This document shows, piece after piece, positions 42,401 to 54,358 of a stretch of DNA of 64,000 bases. This stretch comes from Bugula neritina (Eukaryota; Animalia; Bryozoa): assembly GCA_964035545.1 (NCBI GenBank), contig OZ037769.1, positions 11,748,633-11,812,632 of the forward strand. The letters are read 5' to 3'. Position numbers and translations under genes: made by a program. Each line of letters starts with the position of its first letter. Within the stretch, counting starts at the first letter, position 1. The notes under the pieces are model-generated. The model worked only from the letters and a program-made list of their open reading frames with translations. It searched no databases and had not been told where the DNA came from.

Positions 42401-45400
42401 AGACCTCGTCGGGCCTATGCTGTTATCCGCCAGAGGGAACACCTGGATACTAGTGCTCATGGACCACTTTACCCGGTGGGCAGATGCTCTGGCTATTCCA
42501 GACGCAACAGCCCCCACGGTGGCCCGGATCCTGGACCAACATGTGTTCTGTTACCTCGGTTTACCCGAGCAGATACATACGGACCAGGGTGCCCAGTTCC
42601 AGTCCCAGCTCATGGGAGACCTCTGCCGGATATGGGGGGTGAACCAGAGTCGGACCACCCCATATCACCCGCAAGGGAACGGAGTCGTCGAACGGAATAG
42701 CAAGATGTTGGGTGACGCCCTCAGGAGCCTGCTCCTTGGTCGAGGTCAGGAAGAATGGGACGTGGTGCTGCCGCAAATCATGCGGGCTTACCGCAGCACA
42801 CCACACAGGAGACCCCAAAATTCCTGATGCTAGGCCGAAAGACGCGGGTTCCGGAACACCTAACATACCATGTTCCTGCCCCCGAGTTACCGGTACACGA
42901 ATACGTGGAGGGTCTGATAGACATCATGAGCAAAGCTCATGATGCACTGCATACCCAACAGTAGCAGACCCGCACAGAGGACTCAGAGGAGCCCCCGTTG
43001 TACCAGGTGGGAGACTGGGTCTGGATGGTGAGCTACCATAGGCGACGCAAACAGTGGGCTAAACTTCAGCCCAAGTTCGTCGGTCCCTACTGCGTAGTGG
43101 AGGTGCTGCCCAACCACACGTACCGTGTGGAGCGCTCTGGACAGGTCTCGCCTGAAGCCGTACCATGCCAGCCCGGACGCAGTGGGTCAGGCCCCACCCC
43201 TCTTGGAGCACGTGAACAGGCCGCTCTACTGGAACGGCAACAGACAGGGGCAACAATTACCACCATCACAGGCCTCGGAGGTACCGCCCCAACTGGAAAG
43301 AGGCGTCCTCGCCCATAACACTGATGACAACAGGACCCCTCCTGTTACAGTAGTCGAAGAATCGCAAGCCCTGACAGAACCCATTCAACTTGAGAGAAGC
43401 CAGAGAGACAGAAGACCCCCCAGATACTTAGCAGATTATGCAGTAGGACGCCTTGAAGTACCCCCTCGTAGTCTTAGCTCTCATATTTCCATATACTATC
43501 CTACCTTGAGTGACGATTCCCTCAAAGACTCACAAAAATTTTACCAACAGATGAAAAACTCAGACCGAAATTTGGTGGGCACGCGATTACCTGAGTTATC
43601 ATTTCAAAATTTGATGGGAATTCCCACGGGTCACGTGGCCATCGCCGCTGCAGGTAATAATTTTAAAACACGGGGCTCGGCCATTATTACTACAGCCATC
43701 GCACAAGCAACACGCAATTTAGAAATTAAAATTCAAAATTTGAATTCTGATTTTAAACTACAATCGAACTCTAACTCAAACATGGACTCCACACTCGTCG
43801 AATCTACTAACATCACCACAGGTATTCCTTTACGGTTACAACCTCCACAAACGGAGTCTAACCAAACTAATGTTGATTGGAGTTTGTTAGATTCTCTAGA
43901 ATCTGACTTATTAGAGCCAGATACCGAGATGGATCTGGAAGGTGACCCTGTCCACGATTTCTTGTTGGACCAAGACGTGGGTTTGGTCACACTTTCAGAC
44001 TCATCTCGGCCCCCAGTATGTAGCTTAGTACCGTATAAGAGTATGCCGAATTCGGCGATAGAGAGATCGGCTTGTCACAGCCTCTTCTATCTGTTGTAGG
44101 AAATAGTATGGTGGGGTCGAGTTGTACCAACTCCCCCCTTCCCTGGCCCCTGTTCCGGCTCTCAGCAGCCAACAGGGCGCCACTCCACCGACAGGGATGC
44201 CTCCCACCACCGTCAGTGTCCCTGGGTCTAACCCGGTCGAGCTCCAACTCTCGGCCGGGAAAGAACTGGGCATACTGCTCGGTGGGGAACCCACGGAGAG
44301 AGATGATGACTCCCAGATACTGGCCTTGCCTCGGGCCTTGGTCGCCCGCCAGTACTGGATCTCCCGAGGGACCAACTTAAAAATTGGTCAGACGTGCGGC
44401 GAGCCGGGCAACCGCATCTGCCAGCAGTGTCGGAGGAAGTTTTCCTCCACACGGCGGCTGCGAGTTCACGCCCCGCAGCATTACATTAACGTATTCTGCT
44501 CGTGTGGCGAATTCTCTTATCAGCGCAATTACGTGCTGAGGCACCAGCGCATCTCGCGCTGCCACACGGGCCACACGTTTGCAGTGGACCAGGCCAGTTT
44601 CCTCGAATTCCGGGACCTGGTGCTGCCCCACGTTGCGGACCCCCGCAAACGGGCTACCCTTGCCCAAGAGTTTCCCGCATGCCGCCCAATCAGGGAGGTA
44701 GAGGAGGAGCCCGTCGCGACGCCTCAACCAGCGGCCACCCAGCCACTTCGGGTCGTGCTGGCACGGGTCGAAGGAGGCAGGTCCGCGTCCCCGGGCCTGA
44801 GCCAGCGACCCTCGGCGACGGGAAGAAGAGGACAGCCCCAGCGTAGCGTCACCAGCCACGCTGCATCCCTGCCACTGGAGGAGGAGGTCCGGTCCCTGCG
44901 CCGGCGCCTGAGATGATACGAGGACGAGTTAGGAGAGCTGAGACGACGAGTGAGCCGTCTGGAGCGGGCGCGCGATACCGACCAACAATAGGGCCGTTCT
45001 TTATATTGACATTGGTGGAGGGAGCATGTTTATTTTATTGCTTCGCATGATATTACTTTTGTTTATTGTTTTGCATGATATTACTTTTGTTTATTACTTA
45101 CATGATATTAAAGCTTATGTGTCGCATGCTGTTGATTGTTTTTTTACCTGACATATCATTTCTTGTGTTGTCCCCAACGTTGCTTCATTTTGTTTTTTTT
45201 GTTTTGTTGTTGCTAAAATCACATTTCCTCTTATCGGAAAGTATGCTTTCTGATGGGGGGTGTGTGTAATGGATTTGGCATGTACTTGTTTCCGGTTGCC
45301 GAGATCGGCATTTCGGCTTTCCAAAATGCCGAAATACCGAAAATCGGCATTTCGGGCTACCGAAAGCCCGAAGTGCCGAAATTCGGTGTTTCGGACTGCT

Positions 45401-48400
45401 GAAATGCCGAAATTCGGCGTTTTGGACGCCTGAAATGCCGAAGTTCGGCATTTCGGACCTCCGATCTCGGCAACAAAGGGAAAGCACTGTATCTTGTTGT
45501 ATATAAAAGCCAGCGAGCTCCAGTGTAGTTCAGTCTACTACTGGAGCTCACTGGCAGAGGACGTTCACTATATTATATCATTCGATTAAATAAAGATTTC
45601 TTCACCTTTACAATACATCTTGTTCTCTCTAACAAAGAGTATGTTCAGGCACTAGTTCTATTCAACCCACAAAAATATCACACACTAAAGTGAGCTGAAA
45701 TCTTTTTTATTTTACTCACTGTTCTGTTATCAACTTGACACTGTTAATGTTTAAGGAAGTTTATATTAGAAAACTCATTAGTTAAACTTAAGATTTATCT
45801 TTTACAGCAGTTTATAAGTGTAAATATAAGCAGTTGTCTCTCCTTTGTGATGTAGAGTCATGGAATAGCAAACCACCTGCAAACCGTAGATTCACAAAAC
45901 AGTCAGAGATACGAACAAGTCTATGAAATAGAAAACAAATGGTACAAAGGAAAACATCCGCTCACTTTTACAGAACATCAAGAATTTACAAGACAACATA
46001 AACAACAACTGAAAAAATATCGAGAGAATACAATCATTAACTTTGACAGTTTGAATAGTGATGTACAGTTGTTGGACATAGACAATGTGTTTAGTGATGC
46101 TAATTTAGAAATATCTCATCAGTTGTCTAATAATGTATTTGCGAGCAGTGAGAAGTGTTCCAAAAAATTTTTAGAGTTTTCTAGATCAATAATTAGATCA
46201 AGTACAGAGTTGCTTAAAAGGTGTCAAGTAGAGCCACCCTGTAATTTTGCTGTAGTTGCACTGGGCTCAGCAGCTCGTAGTGAGGCAACTCCGTATTCTG
46301 ACCTTGAATATGCATTTCTCATTGAAAATGAGGATGAGAAAGATTATTTCACTCAACTGGCTGTTGAGACATATTTTAGAATAACGAACCTCAATGAGTC
46401 TCCATTGAAAACCTTTGAAATTAAACTTAAAAACTCTCCTGACTGTCTCAGTGAGAGCTATTCAGTAGGATATAGAATAGATGGTCTTGCACCAAATGCT
46501 GGTAACATACCAACAGGAAATGGATTGGGTGAATGTCTCACTTTCACAGTTGAACAAGCAGTGAAACTGTACAAAGAGAAAGTGATGTCACCATCTGAAA
46601 AACTAGCAAGTCTTTCAGATCTGCTCATTACATCACAGTTGATATACTGTTCTGATGATGGAGCACAGTTACATGGCAGGTTTATGGAAGAAATAGCTAC
46701 ATATGAAAAATTTACAGCTCAGAATGATTATCAAATCAAACGGAAGAGGTTGGAAAGAGTTTCTCTAGATTTACAGAAATATGATTTTCTCCCAGAATTT
46801 GAATTTAAAACTGCTGGTGAAGATGTGAAGGTAAAAGAAGACATTTTCCGTTATATCACTCTTTTGGCTACTAATCTAAACATTGGCCTGTGTTTTCTAC
46901 TGAACTTTCCATGGAAGGTGTATGAGGCACTTTGCCAGTCAGGGATAATTTCTAAAGATAGCCTGAGATACCTTCACATTATCTTGGGACTCTCAATATA
47001 CATGAGAACTATGGCATACACCACTATGGGAACTCAAAAAGCTGAAATCCTGCTAAGTACTCCAACAGCTGAAATAAAAAATGAAAATAAAAAAGTTAAA
47101 CATTACTATGTGCCTAGACAGATATTTGTGATGTTTGGCTCAATACTAATTCCAATAAAACAATCCCTCGTATTAAGTATGCGCAACGGACATCGGCTAC
47201 TGTCAGCATTAAATGAGAAGAGTGTGAGTGAATACTTAAACTCAGTGATTCCCAGTGATTTGGTGACAGATAAAAATAATTATATGACAACATGTGAAGT
47301 ATTGTGTTACGTTGAAGACTTAAACACAGCCCTAAAGTGCATATCTACCGGTTCAGGTGTTGATATTAGAAGTGTAGGATACGAAGAGTTTGTGAAACAT
47401 ATACGAGCAAAATATAACACAAACAAGTCAGACTATCTAGAGCAAAAGTATCTAAAAATGTGCTGCTATTTGCTGATTACCAGTGAGTGTGATAATAGTG
47501 CCATTGAGTACTTGAGCTGGTTAATTAGTTATGAGAAAAGTTGCCATGGTGTAATGCTTTATAAAAAACTGATAGCTGACTGTATGAATAGGTTGAGCAG
47601 ATATAAATCTGCTAGGAGTATTCTCATTCAAATAAAGTTTGCACTAGAAGAGCTCATGATTATAGAGACAGACAAATCTCTTACTGAGTACATACTAAGA
47701 AAAGTAGAAGTTTCTACTAACTTGCCCGAATACCTGCTAAATCTGTTTCGATTCACATCAGATCTCTTGCACTCACTGGGTGTAACTAATACTCACTTAT
47801 CAAATCTAGCTGAAGCTGAATATTACCTGATGCAGTCTCTGGATATGCACAGAGTATTATGTGACAAAATGTTTTTCCATGATGCAAGTGGACACAAACT
47901 AGTTGAATCAAGGATTTTAAACAGCTTAGGAATTGTACATGAAAACAGGAGTAAAAACAGTAGAGCCTTAGAGTGTTTCACTAAATCTCTAGAACTGATA
48001 AAATCAGTTTATGGTGAACATGCGAACCACTTTACCATAGCTATTAGCTATGGTAAAATTGGTGATGTACACTCTGAGTTAAGTAATTATGACACAGCAC
48101 TAAAATTTTACACTATGTCAATGGAGATGATGAAGGCAGTTTATGGTGAACATACAAACCATTCTACTATGGCTGTCACCTATAACAATATTGGTGATGT
48201 ACAAAAGTACTTAGGTAACTACAACAGAGCACTAGAATACTATACCAAGTCAACAGAGATGATGAAAGCTGTCTATGGTGAAAATGCAAACCACTCTAGT
48301 ATAGCAATCAGCTATAATAACATTGGTGATGTACAAAAACAATTAGGCAACTATGATGTAGCTCTAGAATTTTACATCAAATCAATGAAGAAGAAAAAAG

Positions 48401-49647
48401 ATCTTTATGGTGAGCATACAAAACACCCCAGTATAGCTATTAGCTATAGTAAAGCTGGTGATGTACATACCAAACTTGGCAATTATGATGCAGCGCTTGA
48501 GCATTACACAGAATCAATGGAGATGTTGAAGGCTGTTCATGGTGAACATACAAACCACTCTAGTATAGCAATCAGCTATGGTAATATTGGTAATGTACAC
48601 AAACAACTAGATAACTATGACACGGCACTAGAATACTACACCAAGTCTTTGGCAATGGAAAAAGCTGTTTATGGTGACCATGAAAGTCACTCTAGTATAG
48701 CTATTAGCTATAATAACATTGGTGATGTACACAAAAAACTAGGTAACTATGACACAGCCCTAAAATACTATACAGAGTCAATTAACATGAAAAAAACTGT
48801 GTATGGACAACATACCAACCATCCCAGTATAGCTATCTGCTATGGTAATATTGGCAACGTACATAAACAACTAGCTAACTATGACACAGCACTAGGCTAT
48901 TATGCTATGTCAATGAAGATGATGAAAGCTGTTTATGGTGAACATACAGTTCACCCTGACATAGCTACAAGCTATGGTAGAATTGGTGCCGTACACAAAC
49001 ATCTATGTAACTATGACACAGCACTAGAACATTACACCAAGTCAATTGAAATGCTAAAAGCTGTCTATGGTGAAAGTTCGGCACATCCTAATCTTGCAGA
49101 TGCAATCTCTTCTATAATAGACATTTATCTAGAATTCAACAGATATGAAGACTGTCTGTTCCTTTGCGATACTCCTGTAGTGAGTAATCAATGTCTGTCC
49201 AAAGTCCTCAACAAAATATCAGCAAATTGCATCAGATCATCAAACTACAGAAGAGCTGCTCAGTTTCTGCAGATTGCTATTTCTAAAGCTGCTGATCATA
49301 GCATGCAGCAGGCTGACAACTACCACCAGATGGGTAAATGTTACATGCTCATGTCATCATACCAGAAGAGTTGGTGTTGGTTGTACTCTGCTCTCTGTCT
49401 GTATCAGTCCTTTCCGAAAACCAGAGAGGTCATTTTTTTTCTTGGTAACGTTCACATGTCCATATCTCATCTACATCTACACACTGGTCATGTGATTCAG
49501 TCCCTTGAACATTGTCAAAGATCTCTTGACTACTTTAACAATTTTTCTGGTGTCAAAACAAACTCTGATGTCAAAAATTTAAAGACACACCTTCTACAAC
49601 TCACTGAGTCTTTGCATCTTGTTAAAATCTTAACAAATCACTTCTAA
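36452..49647 (+). CDS. Nucleotidyltransferase-TPR protein copy B, join(36452..36541,45856..49647), ~1293 aa: Pol-beta-fold NTase (GlnD/GlnE/DUF294-like), helical region, array of 44-aa TPR repeats
   Basis: Same exon structure as copy A with a phase-0 intron, and the frame is open from 45856. LGSAARSEATPYSDLE (hGS-x10-DhE) plus GYRIDG. Nine repeat linkers at 132-nt spacing (48010-49066), consensus YGEHTNHSSIAISYGNIGDVHKxLGNYDTALEYYTKSMEMMKAV. Confidence 0.9.
38289..39203 (+). pseudogene. gag: gag of element 2 with CCHC knuckle; stops at 38502 and 39081
   Basis: Homologous to the gag of element 3 (RYRLKLPNSGGEEDVEQFIREF). CCGCGASGHVKRHC knuckle. Ends LNNQGSQ*. Confidence 0.85.
39179..39212 (+). 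promoter_or_regulatory. Programmed -1 ribosomal frameshift site (T TTA AAC plus downstream stem)
   Basis: Heptamer TTTAAAC (39179-39185) in X_XXY_YYZ phase of gag. The -1 frame is open into the pol ORF at 39257. A stem ggctcac/gtgggcc starts 6 nt downstream. Confidence 0.7.
39257..43200 (+). pseudogene. pol: pol of element 2 (PR-RT-RNaseH-IN) with frameshifts and stops
   Basis: LLDTVCT (degenerate protease), WRFCVDYRRLN, YLDD, DTDAS, TDHASL, HTDQGAQF, VERN. Stops at 40714, 42274, 42328 and 42962, plus frameshifts. Confidence 0.9.
44108..44991 (+). CDS. Accessory 3' ORF of element 2: two C2H2-like zinc fingers and a C-terminal coiled coil (one internal stop at 44914)
   Basis: CQQCRRKFSSTRRLRVHAPQH and FCSCGEFSYQRNYVLRH...CH, then LEEEVRSLRRRLR*YEDELGELRRRVSRLE heptads. 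Homologous to the ORF in element 3. Confidence 0.65.
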
Positions 49648-51407
49648 CAGAAATGCTGACCACACACTTTTCTTCCTGCACAAATTTCAAACTAGAATTT
49701 GCCCTTCCTTGGCCGACATTTTTTTTTCTTTTCTTGTATCTCGTGTCAATCCTGTGTGTTGTGATGCTTTCAGCCTGCAAAGTTATGTCATCAGTTCTTT
49801 AGTTGTCGATTTTGGTTTCACAAATACATGTATAGAAACATTATGGTACTGACATCAGAATAGTTTTTGGCTCTATTTTTATGTACATGTAAATTCATTA
49901 TGGATATTAATGATTATAATTTTTTTAGCTTTCTGTGTTGTTTTACTACTTCTAATATATATTTACTATACCCTGAGATAGCAGTTTTGGTTCGTCTTAC
50001 GTAACTCAACTTTGAAACTTGGTTATACTGACTTCTGCATTAATTTGAAAACTGTCTATTGGGAAGACATGATTTATGTTATACAACGTTATATTATTGT
50101 ATGCTTTACTATATGTTGCATGTCTTACCCAAAATGCATTTGGTAATTGTAACCAACTTCCTGACTATAGTAAGAACTAGAAGAGTTTTTTTTGAAATAT
50201 TATTTACACCTTAGGAGATCAATTTCTGTCTTTTCTAGTTATTTTTCATCATTTCAGCAAATTTTATCTTTAACAATATTTTATTTATATGAAGCATTTT
50301 ATGCCACATTTTGTTTGAAGTCAATTTTGAAATTTAGGAAGCTTTCTTAGTTTCGTAAAAATTGTTTTCATTGTAATTTTTATACCGATTTTCTTAAAAT
50401 AATTATAGTTGCAGTATGTATTTATTAGTATAAATAAAAATATCTTTTATGTTATGCAAACATTATTTATTTCAATATCAATTTGAATTTAAATTTGGCT
50501 CTTCATAGCAGATGTGCGCCAAAATATGATATTTAAACATTTTCTGGACACAAGTAACAGGTTAAAACATATCTGAACAGTGGGAAAATACAAGCAACAA
50601 ACATATGACCTATATATTATTATACTGGATATACATACACTGTCAACCACAAAAAAATTCTTTTGTACTATTCTGATATCAACATTATTTGCTCCAAAAT
50701 AAGCTATAAAAAGAAAAAATAAATTAAATTGATAGAATAAAAAAAAATCCACAATAACTTAAAGTGCATGTTTTGATTTACGTGCTTCACATTAAATTAC
50801 ACTGATTATTCATATAATAATATACCCAAAGAGTATACAGTACATACATTACTGCATGTATCAGGTTTGTGACAGTGTCTAGATGACTTAGATTGTAATT
50901 GACTTAATCTATTAGCCAACTTGGCAACAAGTTCATTAAGTTTATTGACTATCGAATCGTACCCTGAAAATATAATGGGAAAAATAGAAATTATATAAAC
51001 TGCATTAGACCACAGGAAGGTTTTAGATAATATAAGTTATGTACATCAAATCAAAATAGTTGAGCATCATCATTATAGGTAATGCATAAATATACATAGT
51101 GACTCAAGCTGTTGTAAGTAACAATTGTTGAATGTGTTGCCATTGCGTAAAGTATTAATTCTGAAATTCGATATTGATTGCTGATTTAACTTATCGAGCA
51201 AACTGATTGAATGATTTAATTATTTGTTAATAAAATATTTATTTAAATGAAAAACATCACGATGGTTTTGTATAACATAAAACGGAAGAGAAGGGGTAAA
51301 AGAAGTATACAGCGATTCTAGTACAGCAATTAGTTAGTATATTGTCACGTGATTGTTATGAATGTGATTAGCGATAGGATCGCATGATTGTTTCTCAACA
51401 CGCCCCC

Positions 51408-52256
51408 TCAAGCATGTGATTCGATAGCTAGTAGCTCCAGGGCAATTTTGTGATTGGTTTTAGACAAGCTCTTAGTCATGAAATTGGCAGGGTTCTCCGC
51501 TCCTCTGATGTGTTGGTACACTATAGTGGTTTGCTCTCTGACAATGTGGAATCTAATGTCAATGTGTTTCCTCCTCTGATGTAAGTATGGTTGTCTCTTA
51601 GTGAGGGCAATGGCTCCAAAGTTGTTGGTGAAAAGTTTGTTAGGGTTATGCTGTTTAATCTTGAATGTTTTGCACAAGGTCTGAAGGGTCCTGTTTTGAG
51701 TATAGACAAGGGTCTTCGGCACCAGGTGTGAAGCCTTGTTCCTTGAAGAAAGTGGTAAGTGTTTGGTGCCAATTGCGTTTGCTTTGTTTGAGGCCATATA
51801 TATGGATTTGTTGAGACGCCAAGAGAGCTTCCCTTGGTTGCTAGTTTCTTCGTACCCTTCAGGCTGTTGTAGATAGATTTTCTTATTGATTGGTGTGTTT
51901 AGGTACGCTCCTTTAACATCATGTATCTTCATGTTTTCATTTGCTGCTTTCTGTAACAGCAATCTGATTGATGTGAATCTGGTGGTTGGAGTGTATGTTT
52001 CGTCATAGTCAATTCCTTGTATTTGTGAAAATCCTTTTGCTACGTATCTAGCTTTATGTTGAGTTTCACCTGAGGTTTTTCCTTGTTTGAGAGCATAAAC
52101 CCATCTGCCCTCAGTCTCTGTCCTGTCTCCAGGTAGCGGCTGGATGGACAAGGTGTTTGAATCACGTAGGGTGTTCATTTCCTTGTTCATGGCTCTTTTC
52201 CAGGCGTTATCTTTTGAATTTACAGCTTCTTGGTAGGACTGTGGTATGTTTGCCAT
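51408..52256 (-). pseudogene. pol: Copia RT/RNase H remnant (deleted and frameshifted)
   Basis: KARYVAKGFSQIQGIDYDETY, DVKGAYLN, KHIDIRFHIVRE motifs. The YVDD region is missing. Confidence 0.85.
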
Positions 52257-52371
52257 CAGTGAGCAAGCATAGTCAGTGTCTTCTATGTCATAGTCCTGTA
52301 GGTAAGGAGGACACTTTTGCTTCCGTTCTGATTTACATGGTCCAGATTGGTCAGTGTGGCCTTTGCCAAAT

Positions 52372-52964
52372 CTGGTGCAGGTTCTTTTGGTATGGTATTC
52401 TGAGTACCATTTCTGCTGTTTTGTGCGGGTTCTTGTGGCATGACATTTATTGCGTCATTTCCGCATTTTTGTGCAGGTTCTTGTGGCCTGGTATTCTGAG
52501 TACCATTTCTGCTGTTTTGTGCGGGTTCTTGTGGCATGACATTTATTGCGTTATTTCCGCATTTTTGTGCAGGTTCTTGTGGCCTGGTATTCTGGGTACC
52601 ATTTCTGCTGTTTTGTGCGGGTTCTTGTGGCATGACATTTATTGCGTCATTTCCGCATTTTTGTGCAGGTTCTTGTGGCATGGTATTCTAAGTACCACTT
52701 TTGCTGTTTTGTGTGCCGGTGTGTGTGCCGGTGTGTATGCCGGTGTGTGTGTCAGTGTGTGTTCCGGTGTGTGTGCCGGTGTGTGTGCCGGTGTGTGTTC
52801 CGGTGTGTGTGCTGGTGTGTGTGCTGGTGTGTGTGCTGGTGTGTGTGCCGGTGTGTGTGCCGGTTTGTGTTCCGGTGTGTGTGCCGGTGTGTGTGCCGGT
52901 GTGTGTTCCGGTGTGTGTGCCGGTGTGTGTTCCGGTGTGTGTGCCGGTGTGTGTGCCGGTGTGT
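52372..52964. repeat. Tandem arrays inside the copia: 96-bp (2x48) unit x~3.5, then 12-bp gtgtgtgccggt x~21
   Basis: gtaccatttctgctg recurs at 52404, 52500 and 52596. The 12-mer array spans ~52711-52964. Confidence 0.9.
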
Positions 52965-53670
52965 AGTACTATATAGTGAGTAGTACTATATAGTGAGTAG
53001 TACAATATAGTGACTGATACTGCACAGTGAGTAATACTATGTAAAGTGAGTAGTACTGCTCAGTGAGTAGTACTGTGTACAGTGGCTGAGTGATACTGTA
53101 CAGTGAGTAATAGTAATACTGTGTACAGTGTGAGTGAGAGGTACTGTACAATGAGTAACACTGTGTACAGTGAGCGATGTTGCACAGTGAGTAATACTGT
53201 ACAGTGAGTAGTAGTAATTTTGTGTACAGTGTGAGTGACACTGTACAGTGTGAGTGATTAGTAGCTACCTTGTGGAGCAAGTCGCAGGGTAGTTGATGGT
53301 TGATGGCTACAAGACATCTGGGCCCATAACCTGTTGAATGTGTTGTCATGTGTAAAGTATTAATTACGAAATACGATATTGATTGCTGATTTAACTTATC
53401 GAGCAAACTGATTGAATGATTTAATTATTTGTTAATAGAATATTTATTTGAATGAAAAACATCACGATGGTTCTGTATAACAGAAAACGGAAGAGAAGGA
53501 GTAAAACAAGTATACAGCGACTCTAGTACATCAATTAGTTAGTATATTGTCACGTGATTGTTATGAATGCGATTAGCGATAGGATCGCATGATTGTTTCT
53601 CAACAACAATGTAGATCAAAAGCTTAGAAAAACATTATGAGAATAGCATATATTTAAACAAGATGACATT

Positions 53671-54358
53671 CACGGGCTTTCCATGTACCAATCTCAGATC
53701 GATCTCGCTGAGATCGATCTGAGAAATGTGCTCAGATCGATCGTTTTTCCATGAGAGTGTCAGATCGATCTCGCGAAGTTGCCTCCTCTTAAGTGAAGGA
53801 TACTTAAAAAGTATAATTTGCTCACCTATTTGAGTGATAAAAACTACTACTGTTGAAAACAAGATAGTCGTAGTCTAAAATTTAATCCCAGCTATAAACT
53901 ATACGCAGCAAAGCTTTCAGTGTATGGTAATTTAGCCAATTTGAAATAATTAATTTTAACTTTTTAGCTTGACAGCTTATATAAAATTAATGGCTGTCTT
54001 GCAGATTATTCATAAACTCACAGGACTGTTAGGCTTAAAATTATAACGAAAATAGCTAATGAAACTAAGTTTTAATAGTCATTTAAATTCAACTTAAATT
54101 CTCCCATTTTTCTTACCTTCTACTGCTTATAATTGAGTTTTTTTAATCATTGTACTGAAAGTCAAAGTTTTGGCATCTGAAAAGGTGGCCATCATAATTA
54201 TTTAATACTTTGCTGAGTAATTATCAATAAGTTATCATTTTTATTAGCAGACAACATTGTAGCGCGCAGTCTTTTTCTACTTCTCAGATCGATCTGGCGT
54301 CTTTCCATGGTCTTATTGACATGAGATCGATCTGAGATCGGTACATGGAAAGCCGGTG
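53671..54358. mobile_element. MITE / non-autonomous TIR DNA transposon
   Basis: 36-bp TIR cac(g/c)ggctttccatgtacc(a/g)atctcagatcgatctc at both ends, with subterminal AGATCGATCT palindromes. TSD not resolved. Confidence 0.8.

Larger units (their letters stand above)
37922..45682 (+). mobile_element. Ty3/gypsy LTR retrotransposon 2, full length but mutationally dead, inside the intron of copy B
   Basis: LTRs 37922-38238 (317 bp) and 45265-45682 (418 bp), TSD CACT, 18-nt tRNA-Leu PBS 38240-38257. The empty site (aataatactaaagtga) is visible in the copy A intron at ~26938-26953. Confidence 0.95.
51126..53605 (-). mobile_element. Internally deleted Ty1/copia element
   Basis: ~275-bp LTRs (51126-51400, 53332-53605) with several differences, TSD ACAAT, minus-strand PBS GGTTATGGGCCCAG (53318-53331), PPT AGGGGGCG (51401-51408). 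Confidence 0.92.

Noticed and set aside
38289-44991. RIP/APOBEC-like hypermutation suggested by many TGG/CAA/CGA-to-stop changes
   Set aside because: Those are the only codons that reach a stop by a transition, so the pattern is expected. It needs a family consensus to test.
45290-45475. CRISPR-like palindromic repeat array
   Set aside because: No unique spacers, irregular period, no cas genes, eukaryotic context, and it lies inside an LTR.
46051-49647. Calling the gene cGAS/OAS/Mab-21, kinesin light chain or nephrocystin-3, or bacterial contamination
   Set aside because: The motif context is GlnD/DUF294-like, only the TPR part resembles KLC/NPHP3, and the gene has GT-AG introns and eukaryotic TEs around it.
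52157-53406. Cys-rich and TM-like repetitive ORFs on both strands
   Set aside because: They are by-products of the 12-bp and 48/96-bp tandem arrays in the copia relic.
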